A program made the position numbers and the translations under genes. A DNA stretch of 64,000 nt from an uncultured Bacilli bacterium (GTDB lineage Bacteria; Bacillota_I; Bacilli_A; RF39; UBA660). The stretch lies in the NCBI GenBank assembly GCA_947627995.1, contig CANQYE010000003.1:1304-65303 (forward strand), read 5' to 3'. Positions within the stretch are counted from its first letter, which is position 1, and each line of letters begins with the position of its first letter. Positions 49,977 through 57,988 of the stretch are shown here, piece after piece. The notes beneath the pieces are model-generated. The model was not told where the DNA came from. It searched no databases and saw only the letters and a list, made by a program, of their open reading frames with translations.

Positions 49977-51175
49977 TTTTTTACCTCCTTATTATATTCA
50001 TATAAAGCTTTTTCATATTTATTATTTTTAGGTTTATAATAGTTTTTATTTTTTAAATTATCCGGCATATATTGTTGTTCTACATAATATTTCGGATAAT
50101 TATGTGGATATTTATAAGTAGGGGAGTTTGTAGTAATATTTTTAGGAATATCACCAATATTACCAGCATTTACATCATTTATAGCATTGTCGATAGCTAA
50201 TACAGCACTATTGCTTTTAGGACTTCCTGCCATATCAATTACAATACTAGAAAGAATAATTCTTGCTTCTGGGAACCCTAATCTTTCACAAGCTTGAACA
50301 GCAGCAACAACCTTTGGTCCCATTGAAGGATTAGCAAGTCCTATATCTTCATATGCAATAACCAAAAGTCGTCTGCAAATTATTTCTAAATCTTCAGCAA
50401 CAATTAAGCGAGATAAATAATGCAAAGAAGCGTCAATATCACTTCCACGAATAGATTTTTGAAGAGCAGAAATAGTATCATAATAACTAGATGCGTTTTT
50501 GTCCATGGATAAAATAGGTTTATTTTTTATACTTTTTAAAAAATCAATATTAATTTCATGACTATTACTACTATAGTAAGCTACTTCCAATAAATTCAAT
50601 GCATTACGATAATCCCCAGCCGAACAATTTGCAATATATTTCAATTCTTCATTACCTATTTTTATATTTTTTAATTTTTCTTTAGCTTTTTTTAGCCCAG
50701 TAGTTATATCATCTATACTAAGATCATGAAGCTCAAATATTTGACATCTACTCCTAATAGCAGGATTAATAGAATGATATGGATTAGATGTAGTAAGACC
50801 AATTAAGATTATTAATCCACTTTCAATATATGGTAACAATATATCTTGTTTATCTTTATTCATTCGATGTATCTCATCAACAATTAATATTAATTCGCCA
50901 TGCATTTTTGCTTCCTCAATTGCTATATCAAAATCAGATTTTTTATTGACAACTGCATTTAAAAATTTATATTTTAGTTCTAATTCATTTACTATAACAT
51001 TTGCAATACTAGTTTTTCCTGTACCAGGTTTACCATACAATATTATTGAAAATAATTTCTTATTTTTAATTAAATTAAATATAACTTTATTAGGACCTAC
51101 TAAATGTTTTTGCCCAATAATATCTTCTAATTTTTTCGGTCTTAATTCATTTGCTAAAAGTTTCATATTTTTCAC
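49973..51175 (-). CDS. rarA: Replication-associated recombination protein A (AAA+ ATPase)
   Basis: LRPKKLEDIIGQKHL and GKPGTGKTS are present, with the RarA-specific MgsA C-terminal region. It overlaps gpsA by 4 nt. Confidence 0.85.
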   Translation of the reverse strand: MKNMKLLANELRPKKLEDIIGQKHLVGPNKVIFNLIKNKKLFSIILYGKPGTGKTSIANVIVNELELKYKFLNAVVNKKSDFDIAIEEAKMHGELILIVDEIHRMNKDKQDILLPYIESGLIILIGLTTSNPYHSINPAIRSRCQIFELHDLSIDDITTGLKKAKEKLKNIKIGNEELKYIANCSAGDYRNALNLLEVAYYSSNSHEINIDFLKSIKNKPILSMDKNASSYYDTISALQKSIRGSDIDASLHYLSRLIVAEDLEIICRRLLVIAYEDIGLANPSMGPKVVAAVQACERLGFPEARIILSSIVIDMAGSPKSNSAVLAIDNAINDVNAGNIGDIPKNITTNSPTYKYPHNYPKYYVEQQYMPDNLKNKNYYKPKNNKYEKALYEYNKEVKK

Positions 51176-51244
51176 CTATTAAAATTATATCGTATTCTTT
51201 CATTTTTTCCAATATTTATGTTATAATTTTAATGGTGGAATCAT

Positions 51245-52129
51245 ATGAATAAAACTATTTTGGATAATTATATTGATTATCTAAACTATGAAAGAGTACT
51301 TAGTAAAGCAACAATCTCATCATATTTAAATGATATAAAAATATTTACTGAATTTACAAATAATAAAGATTATAAAAAAATTAATCATCAAGATATAGAA
51401 TCTTTTATAGAACACTTATATAAAGAAAAAAAAAGTATTTTAACGATTATCCATTATATTTCAATAATTAATTTATTTTATAAATTTTTAGAAAGTGAAA
51501 AAATAATTACAGAAAATCCATGTAATAAAATATCTATCCCACATAAGCCGAAAACTTTACCAAAATATTTAACTGTAGAAGAAGTAAATAAACTCCTTGA
51601 TATAGAATTAAACAACGCTTTTAACTACCGTGATAAAGCAATGCTAGAGTTAATGTATGCTACTGGAATTAGGGTTAGTGAACTACTAAATTTAAAATAT
51701 TATGAAATCGATTTAAATGAAGCTATAATTAGAATTATGGGGAAGGGGAATAAAGAGCGAATTGTCCCTTTCGGGGATGTTGCTTTAAAATATATAAAAA
51801 TTTATATTGAAAATTATCGAAAAAAAATATTAAAAAATAAAAATAGTGAATACTTATTTATAAACTATCAAGGAAATAAATTATCTAGACAATCATTTTT
51901 TAAATTAATTAAAAATTTAGGAATTAAAAAAGGAATAACTAAAAATATCTCACCACATATTTTAAGGCATTCATTTGCTACACATCTAATAAATAATGGA
52001 GCAGATTTAAAAATAATTCAGGAATTATTAGGACATAGCGATTTATCTACTACCGAAATATATGCTCATTTAGTTAATGAAAAAATAAAAAAAGACTATG
52101 AGAAACACCCTCATAGTCATAACCTATAA
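51245..52129 (+). CDS. xerD: Tyrosine site-specific recombinase XerD-like
   Basis: RDKAMLELMYATGIRVSEL, GKGNKERIVP and HILRHSFATHL ... LLGHSDLSTTEIY carry the catalytic RHRY residues. Confidence 0.75.
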   Translation: MNKTILDNYIDYLNYERVLSKATISSYLNDIKIFTEFTNNKDYKKINHQDIESFIEHLYKEKKSILTIIHYISIINLFYKFLESEKIITENPCNKISIPHKPKTLPKYLTVEEVNKLLDIELNNAFNYRDKAMLELMYATGIRVSELLNLKYYEIDLNEAIIRIMGKGNKERIVPFGDVALKYIKIYIENYRKKILKNKNSEYLFINYQGNKLSRQSFFKLIKNLGIKKGITKNISPHILRHSFATHLINNGADLKIIQELLGHSDLSTTEIYAHLVNEKIKKDYEKHPHSHNL

Positions 52130-52143
52130 ATAATATTTAAGAA

Positions 52144-52278
52144 TTATTTACTTTGATTTTTTGAATTTGATTTTGCATTATTTTTTGAATTATTTTTTGA
52201 ACTATTAGCATTGTTTCTGCTTTGATTTTTTGAATTGCTTCTAGCTTGATTTGAATTTTTACTATTTGCTTTACTCAT
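52144..52278 (-). CDS. Small (44 aa) Ser/Asn/Lys/Gln-rich hydrophilic protein, unannotated
   Basis: MSKANSKNSNQARSNSKNQSRNNANSSKNNSKNNAKSNSKNQSK, with the GGTGGTGA Shine-Dalgarno sequence 6 nt upstream of ATG. Confidence 0.3.
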   Translation of the reverse strand: MSKANSKNSNQARSNSKNQSRNNANSSKNNSKNNAKSNSKNQSK

Positions 52279-52367
52279 TGTAATCACCACCCATTATTAT
52301 TATGGATTTATTTTTATTTTAAATTCATAAGTTTTATGGTAATATTTGGTTTAAAGGAGGAATTTAT

Positions 52368-53222
52368 ATAATTAAAAAAACAGAAGTTTTTATAGCAAAA
52401 GATAACGATAAACTAATTAATATATTACAAAAATACAAAACAGCTGCTAAAAAGAAAACAATAAAAAACTATATAAATCATAAAAGTATTTTAGTAAATA
52501 ATAGAATAATTACAAATGCTAATATAATTATTAAAAAAGGTGATACAATTACTATATTACACAATAAAAAAGAAGCACAAATGGACCTAAATATTATATA
52601 TGAAGATAAAGATTTAATTGCTATTGATAAAAAAGAAGGGTTATTATCAGTAGCTACTGAAAAAGAAAAACAAGAAACAGCTTATAGAAAAGTGAGCGAT
52701 TATTTAAAATTAAATAACCCGCATGCTAAAATTTTTGTAATACATCGTTTAGATAAAGATACATCAGGCGTTTTAATTTTTGCTAAAAATAAAAGAATTC
52801 AAAATCTTTTACAAAAAAATTGGAATAACATTGTCACAAAAAGAGAATATATAGCATTAGTAAAAGGTAAAGTTAATAAAAATATGACTATTGAAACTTT
52901 TCTAAAAGAAAATAAGTTTAAAAAAGTATATTCTTCTAATACAGGCAAAAAAGCCATTACGGAAATAAATGTAATTAAAAGTACAAATAATCTATCTTTA
53001 CTAAAAATCAATATAAAAACTGGTCGAAAAAACCAAATAAGGGCTCATCTTAGTGAAATAGGGCATGCAATTATAGGTGATGTTAAATATGATAAAAAAA
53101 GCAAACTAATAAATAGATTATGTTTGCATGCTAGCAAAATAGAGCTAATTGATCCAAGAAACAATAAAAAATTGGTAATAAATTCCAATAATCCAATTAA
53201 TTTCAAAAATTTAATTAATTAA
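52368..53222 (+). CDS. RluA-family 23S rRNA pseudouridine synthase with an N-terminal S4 domain (non-canonical start; the annotated ATG is at 52581)
   Basis: HRLDKDTSGVLIFAKN and the catalytic domain run from 52581. The S4 domain (IKNYINHKSILVNNRII) continues in frame upstream to 52368 with no ATG/GTG/TTG. An AAAGGAGG Shine-Dalgarno sequence lies at 52353-52360. Confidence 0.55.
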   Translation: MIKKTEVFIAKDNDKLINILQKYKTAAKKKTIKNYINHKSILVNNRIITNANIIIKKGDTITILHNKKEAQMDLNIIYEDKDLIAIDKKEGLLSVATEKEKQETAYRKVSDYLKLNNPHAKIFVIHRLDKDTSGVLIFAKNKRIQNLLQKNWNNIVTKREYIALVKGKVNKNMTIETFLKENKFKKVYSSNTGKKAITEINVIKSTNNLSLLKINIKTGRKNQIRAHLSEIGHAIIGDVKYDKKSKLINRLCLHASKIELIDPRNNKKLVINSNNPINFKNLIN

Positions 53223-53311
53223 TTTTTAAATAAGCCAACAAGCTTTATATAATATGTAATAAAATTAATTTAAAAATTATATTATATATTAATAAAGAGT
53301 GGGGGACTTTT

Positions 53312-54073
53312 ATGAAAATAGTATATCCATTATTAATTTCAACTATTGCAGGATTATCAACTATTTTAGGAAGTTTTTTAGTTTTCTTACATATTAAAAA
53401 AAATAATATTCAAAGTTTTATTGCTTTTTGTTTAAGTTTTTCTTTAGGAGTAATGATAAGTGTATCAATCACAGATTTAATACCTAATTCGTATTTTACT
53501 ATTATAAAAAGATTTAATTTTCTTATAGGAACTATTATTGCAATAATATGTTTTTTAATCGGTTATTATTTAACAAATAAATTAAATAAATCAATTGAAA
53601 AAAATAAAAAGAAAAAAGATAGCAGTAATTTATACCGTATAGGAATTTTATCAATGTTAGCACTAATGCTTCATAATTTTCCGGAAGGTATTGCTACATT
53701 TATGAGTGCCTATGAGGATTTAAACTTAGGAATAACATTAGGAATAGCTATTATGATGCATAACATACCAGAAGGCATTGCAATAGCAATACCAATATAT
53801 TATGCTACTAATTCTAAAGCAAAGGCTATAAAACACACTTTAATATCTGGATTATCAGAACCTTTAGGAGCAATAATAGCATATTTATTTTTAAGTAAAT
53901 ATATATCAATGATAACAATTAGTTATGTATTATTGTTTGTTGCAGGAATAATGATAACGTTATCAATAAATGAACTTTTAAAAGAAGCATTATCATATAA
54001 AAAAGATAAAATGGTTTTACTAGGAATTTTAGTAGGCGCAATATTAATAATAATTAATCATTTTATATCTTAA
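53312..54073 (+). CDS. zupT: ZIP-family metal transporter (ZupT-like)
   Basis: HNFPEGIA and HNIPEGIAIA are present, with 8 TM segments. Confidence 0.8.
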   Translation: MKIVYPLLISTIAGLSTILGSFLVFLHIKKNNIQSFIAFCLSFSLGVMISVSITDLIPNSYFTIIKRFNFLIGTIIAIICFLIGYYLTNKLNKSIEKNKKKKDSSNLYRIGILSMLALMLHNFPEGIATFMSAYEDLNLGITLGIAIMMHNIPEGIAIAIPIYYATNSKAKAIKHTLISGLSEPLGAIIAYLFLSKYISMITISYVLLFVAGIMITLSINELLKEALSYKKDKMVLLGILVGAILIIINHFIS

Positions 54074-54130
54074 TTTAAAATTGTATTGGTTAACATAATA
54101 TATATTATGAGAAGTTGTAAATATAATAAA

Positions 54131-54171
54131 AAATCAAGAAAATTCTTATTATATATTATACTTTTCTTGAT
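54131..54171. terminator. Bidirectional terminator between the convergent zupT and HTH regulator genes
   Basis: An 11-bp stem aatcaagaaaa/ttttcttgatt is flanked by A and T runs. Confidence 0.5.
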
Positions 54172-54941
54172 TGAATTTCAGCAATTTTTTCAAATACTTC
54201 TATAGCATTTGACTCATTTAATTCAGTGTAATTTAATTCCTTTAAAGCCTGTATTTTAAATGTATTTAATTGTTGAGTTCGGCTAAGGGCTTCTTCTTTT
54301 TTTTGTTCTATTTCTTGTACAAAACGTTTATGAGAGTCTATTAACTTACTTTTGCTTGCTCCCCCACTATTATATAATGTTAGAGCAGAGTGGACAATTC
54401 CCTCAAATATAAATTGTTTATCTTCATTAAATTTATATTCATTAGGATCAATAAATCCAGTAGTTTTAGAAAGATAACCAAAAATATATTTAATTTCAGG
54501 AACATTATCCATAGATTGTAAAATATGATATAAATACAAAAATGCAAAATAATTTTCTTCTCGAATATCATTGTTATCAGATTCTAAAAATTTTTCTTTT
54601 AATAAACAAGTTATATCAGTTATAAGAGTCTGTTCTTCACTTTTTAAACCTTTTAAATCAAAATAATTATCTAAATCAGCACTTAGCTTAACTCCTTGAT
54701 TTAATCTAGATTCCACTTGCATTAAATATTCTGTTGTAATTTTTATTGACGAAATTGTTCCTTCATCATCATCTTCAATATCTAAAAGTTTCAATAATAA
54801 TAATTTCTTTTCTTTAGGCCATTTATTAAGCGCATCTAATTCTAAATAATTATATACCATTTGGCGCGAAACTCCTAAATATTTTGCTAATCTTACCTTA
54901 GATATTCCTAATTCTTGTAATAAATCATTTAATCTTTTCAT
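54156..54941 (-). CDS. XRE-family HTH transcriptional regulator with a helical C-terminal domain of about 200 aa (possibly RNPP/Rgg-like)
   Basis: The N-terminal HTH is LQELGISKVRLAKYLGVSRQMVYNYL. The remainder is predicted helical. No adjacent pheromone peptide was identified. Confidence 0.55.
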   Translation of the reverse strand: MKRLNDLLQELGISKVRLAKYLGVSRQMVYNYLELDALNKWPKEKKLLLLKLLDIEDDDEGTISSIKITTEYLMQVESRLNQGVKLSADLDNYFDLKGLKSEEQTLITDITCLLKEKFLESDNNDIREENYFAFLYLYHILQSMDNVPEIKYIFGYLSKTTGFIDPNEYKFNEDKQFIFEGIVHSALTLYNSGGASKSKLIDSHKRFVQEIEQKKEEALSRTQQLNTFKIQALKELNYTELNESNAIEVFEKIAEIQSRKV

Positions 54942-54973
54942 TATATATTATCTACCTTTCATTTTACAATATA

Positions 54974-55003
54974 ATTATATATTAATACGCAATTACATGT
55001 CAA
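54974..55003 (-). promoter_or_regulatory. Promoter of the HTH regulator (TTGACA, 16 nt, TATATAAT)
   Basis: Read on the minus strand. Confidence 0.4.
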
Positions 55004-55063
55004 GTAAAAGTAAAAGAACTATAAAATAGTTCTTTTTTTAATATATTATGATAATAAAATTAG

Positions 55064-55903
55064 TTATTTATATTTCTTTCTTAAAGCTGCTGTTCTTTCA
55101 TTATTTTCAGCAATTAATTTTTCACGAGTTGTAAACTCATTAATAACATTTGCATTATTATTTAGTGATGATAATATTTCTATTATTTTAATAATACTGT
55201 ATCCTTGTTTCTTCATTTTTTCTACTTCTCTATTAATTGAAGATGAATAATATTTTTGTTTTTTTACAACATCTATATATGCAGGATCTGGTTGAAATTT
55301 ACTTTCTCGTTTCTTTAATATATATCGTGGCACTATATTATGATTTATTAAGTAAATTATCATCATACTATCTATATCAAAATTAGCTGTGTACATTAAA
55401 TAAGTAAAATCAGAAATATTATGAGCCATATTTAATAATTCATTATATTTTGCTTCACCATAAATTTTTTTATATAAATATATAATTGTTGCTGTTTCAT
55501 TTGCAGCAGATATATTATCACTTTCACAATTATTTAATAGTTTAGAAAATAAATTATTTTCAAAATATTCTACTGCCTCTTTATATTTTTGAACTTCTTG
55601 TTTTAATTTTAAATATTTTTTATTACTTCCATATAAACCATAAATAAATTTATCATGTTTTTCAAGTAAATAATTAACTTGTTCATCCGTAGCAGTAATA
55701 TCTAAAACTCTTACTCTATTGCTTAATCCTGCTTTAGGAATAGAAATTGTTTTAATACAATCAATATTTTCTATTATTTTTTCGTCAATTTCATTTAAAT
55801 TTTTCTTAGGTATATTAAAAGTTTCAATATTTGGATCTTTATCTGTGCCTATTTTTACAACTAAGTATTTTTTATGATTGTTCGATTTTAATGAAATAAA
55901 CAC
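55064..55903 (-). CDS. Hypothetical protein (279 aa, GTG start) with a possible small C-terminal HTH
   Basis: It has no in-frame ATG. The C-terminal VEKMKKQGYSIIKIIEILSS resembles a resolvase/transposase-type HTH. Confidence 0.4.
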   Translation of the reverse strand: MFISLKSNNHKKYLVVKIGTDKDPNIETFNIPKKNLNEIDEKIIENIDCIKTISIPKAGLSNRVRVLDITATDEQVNYLLEKHDKFIYGLYGSNKKYLKLKQEVQKYKEAVEYFENNLFSKLLNNCESDNISAANETATIIYLYKKIYGEAKYNELLNMAHNISDFTYLMYTANFDIDSMMIIYLINHNIVPRYILKKRESKFQPDPAYIDVVKKQKYYSSSINREVEKMKKQGYSIIKIIEILSSLNNNANVINEFTTREKLIAENNERTAALRKKYK

Positions 55904-56061
55904 TACCTACCCTAATTATCTTTTCTGTTTGTTGACTTATTTCTTTATTCATTTTATCTCCTCTTCTTAACAATTAATTTAATAAAAAATATATTAAACT
56001 AATAAAACTTATATGTGCATTAGTTATAATAACATAAGAAAATATTGTTTGCAATTTAAAA

Positions 56062-57165
56062 TTAATTTATATACCATACTTTTTTATTATTTTTTTTAAC
56101 TTCTTTAATTATACCACTACCTAAACATTCTTGATCATCATATAAAACACAAGCTTGTCCTGGTGTTACAGCTTTAACATTATTATAAGAAACTTTTATT
56201 TCATTATCGTTGATATATTTTAATGTTACTGGGTAATCTTCTCCTCTATATCTAAATTTTGCACTACATTTCTCAGGCCTTTTTTCTGATATAAAATTTA
56301 TATTATCAATAATACATTCATCAGAAAATAAATATTTAGAATCATCTCCAAATGCTACATATAGTTCATTTTTTATTGAATTTTTTCCAACTACATAATG
56401 CCTTTTATCGTATCCAGAAATACCAACATTTCTTCGTTGCCCAATAGTATAATTCATAAGACCTTTATGTTTTCCAATAACTTTTCTTGTTTCTATATCA
56501 ATTATATTACCAGGGTTAGGTTTTAAATAATTTTGAATAAAATTTTGATAATTTCTTTCACCAATAAAACATATACCAGTTGAATCCTTTTTTAATGCCG
56601 TTTCTAAATTTAAATTTTTAGCAATATTTCGCACTTCTTCTTTTGTTAATGAACCAACAGGAAATAATACATTTTCAAGTTGTTTTTTGCTTATTTGGGC
56701 TAAAAAGTATGATTGGTCCTTATTTTGATCAATTCCTTTAAATAAATGATTATTTATATTTCTAGCATAATGTCCAGTAGCTATCATATCGCACCCTAAT
56801 TTTTTAGCTTCTTTTTTAAAAAGATCAAATTTTATATATTTATTGCACATTAAATCAGGATTAGGAGTTCGCCCTAATTTTAATTCATTTAAAAAATAAG
56901 AAAATACATTGTCCCAATATTCTTTTATAAAATCAACTCTAAATAACGGAATATCTAATTGTTTACAAACTTTTAATGCATCATTATAATCTTGTTCTTG
57001 CGGACATATATTATTGTTTATGTTTGGATTACCTAAAATATCATTATTTAAAGCTGAATCCCAATTTCTCATAAACAAAGCAATCACTTCATAACCTTCT
57101 TTTTTTAAAAGATAAGCAGCAACCGAAGAGTCAACTCCCCCACTCATTCCAATGCAAATTTTCAT
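56062..57165 (-). CDS. mnmA: tRNA-specific 2-thiouridylase
   Basis: The PP-loop MKICIGMSGGVDSSVAA and the catalytic Cys are present. Start is the second ATG after GGTGAG. Confidence 0.88.
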   Translation of the reverse strand: MKICIGMSGGVDSSVAAYLLKKEGYEVIALFMRNWDSALNNDILGNPNINNNICPQEQDYNDALKVCKQLDIPLFRVDFIKEYWDNVFSYFLNELKLGRTPNPDLMCNKYIKFDLFKKEAKKLGCDMIATGHYARNINNHLFKGIDQNKDQSYFLAQISKKQLENVLFPVGSLTKEEVRNIAKNLNLETALKKDSTGICFIGERNYQNFIQNYLKPNPGNIIDIETRKVIGKHKGLMNYTIGQRRNVGISGYDKRHYVVGKNSIKNELYVAFGDDSKYLFSDECIIDNINFISEKRPEKCSAKFRYRGEDYPVTLKYINDNEIKVSYNNVKAVTPGQACVLYDDQECLGSGIIKEVKKNNKKVWYIN

Positions 57166-57191
57166 ATTTCTCACCAGCATTATTATAACAA

Positions 57192-57788
57192 TTATTTTAA
57201 TAAAAAACTACATAAATCAAGTATTTTACTACCACAAAAATAAATAAATAAGTCATTAATCAATAATATTATAATTAAAATTATTAATTTTTTAAAAGTA
57301 TTTTTAAATATTGAGTTTAAAGTTTCATTAGATTTGGTTAATAAATTATAAATAATTTTTTTATCTATTTTCAAAGTAAGTGCATAAATGTAAAATAATA
57401 TTAATATAAAAAATATTTTTGTAGCCATAATATAAATTAAAGAAAAGACTAGACCACTAAATCCATAATTTGTTGTAAAAATTGCGATAATAAATCCAAT
57501 AGTCATAGATTCATAAAAAAAATAAAATATAGAAAATACAAGCCCTATTAATGTAATAGACAAAGTAAAAATAATTAATATTGTTAAAACATGTACTAAA
57601 ATAAAATTAATTCGACATTTATTTAGATTTAATGTAAAATCCTTTAAAATATCAGAAATATTATTTTTTATAATATTTTCTTGTTTTATATAAAATATAA
57701 TTCCAAAAATGACGGCTACTAAAAAAATAGTAAATAAAAACAATACTATTTTTTTATTATTTTTAATGCTTGTCCTAATCATTTTCAT
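57192..57788 (-). CDS. Polytopic membrane protein, hypothetical (SpoIIM/DUF95-like topology?)
   Basis: It has 5 predicted TM segments. The family assignment is weak. Confidence 0.35.
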   Translation of the reverse strand: MKMIRTSIKNNKKIVLFLFTIFLVAVIFGIIFYIKQENIIKNNISDILKDFTLNLNKCRINFILVHVLTILIIFTLSITLIGLVFSIFYFFYESMTIGFIIAIFTTNYGFSGLVFSLIYIMATKIFFILILFYIYALTLKIDKKIIYNLLTKSNETLNSIFKNTFKKLIILIIILLINDLFIYFCGSKILDLCSFLLK

Positions 57789-57856
57789 TATATCACCAAT
57801 ATAAATATATTTACTTAAATTATAAATTATGATAAATTATTTATGTGGTGACAAAT

Positions 57857-57952
57857 ATGAATAAAAAAAGTAAAAAAATTGGAACTTGGGCAATACTTAT
57901 TATAATGGTATTAGCTACATTAATATCATTTATAGCATACTTAGCCTACTAA
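57857..57952 (+). CDS. Small single-TM peptide (31 aa), unannotated
   Basis: MNKKSKKIGTWAILIIMVLATLISFIAYLAY, with the GGTGA Shine-Dalgarno sequence and a terminator hairpin immediately downstream. Confidence 0.3.
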   Translation: MNKKSKKIGTWAILIIMVLATLISFIAYLAY

Positions 57953-57988
57953 AATTTAAAAAAAGTATCTGTAATAAAGATACTTTTT

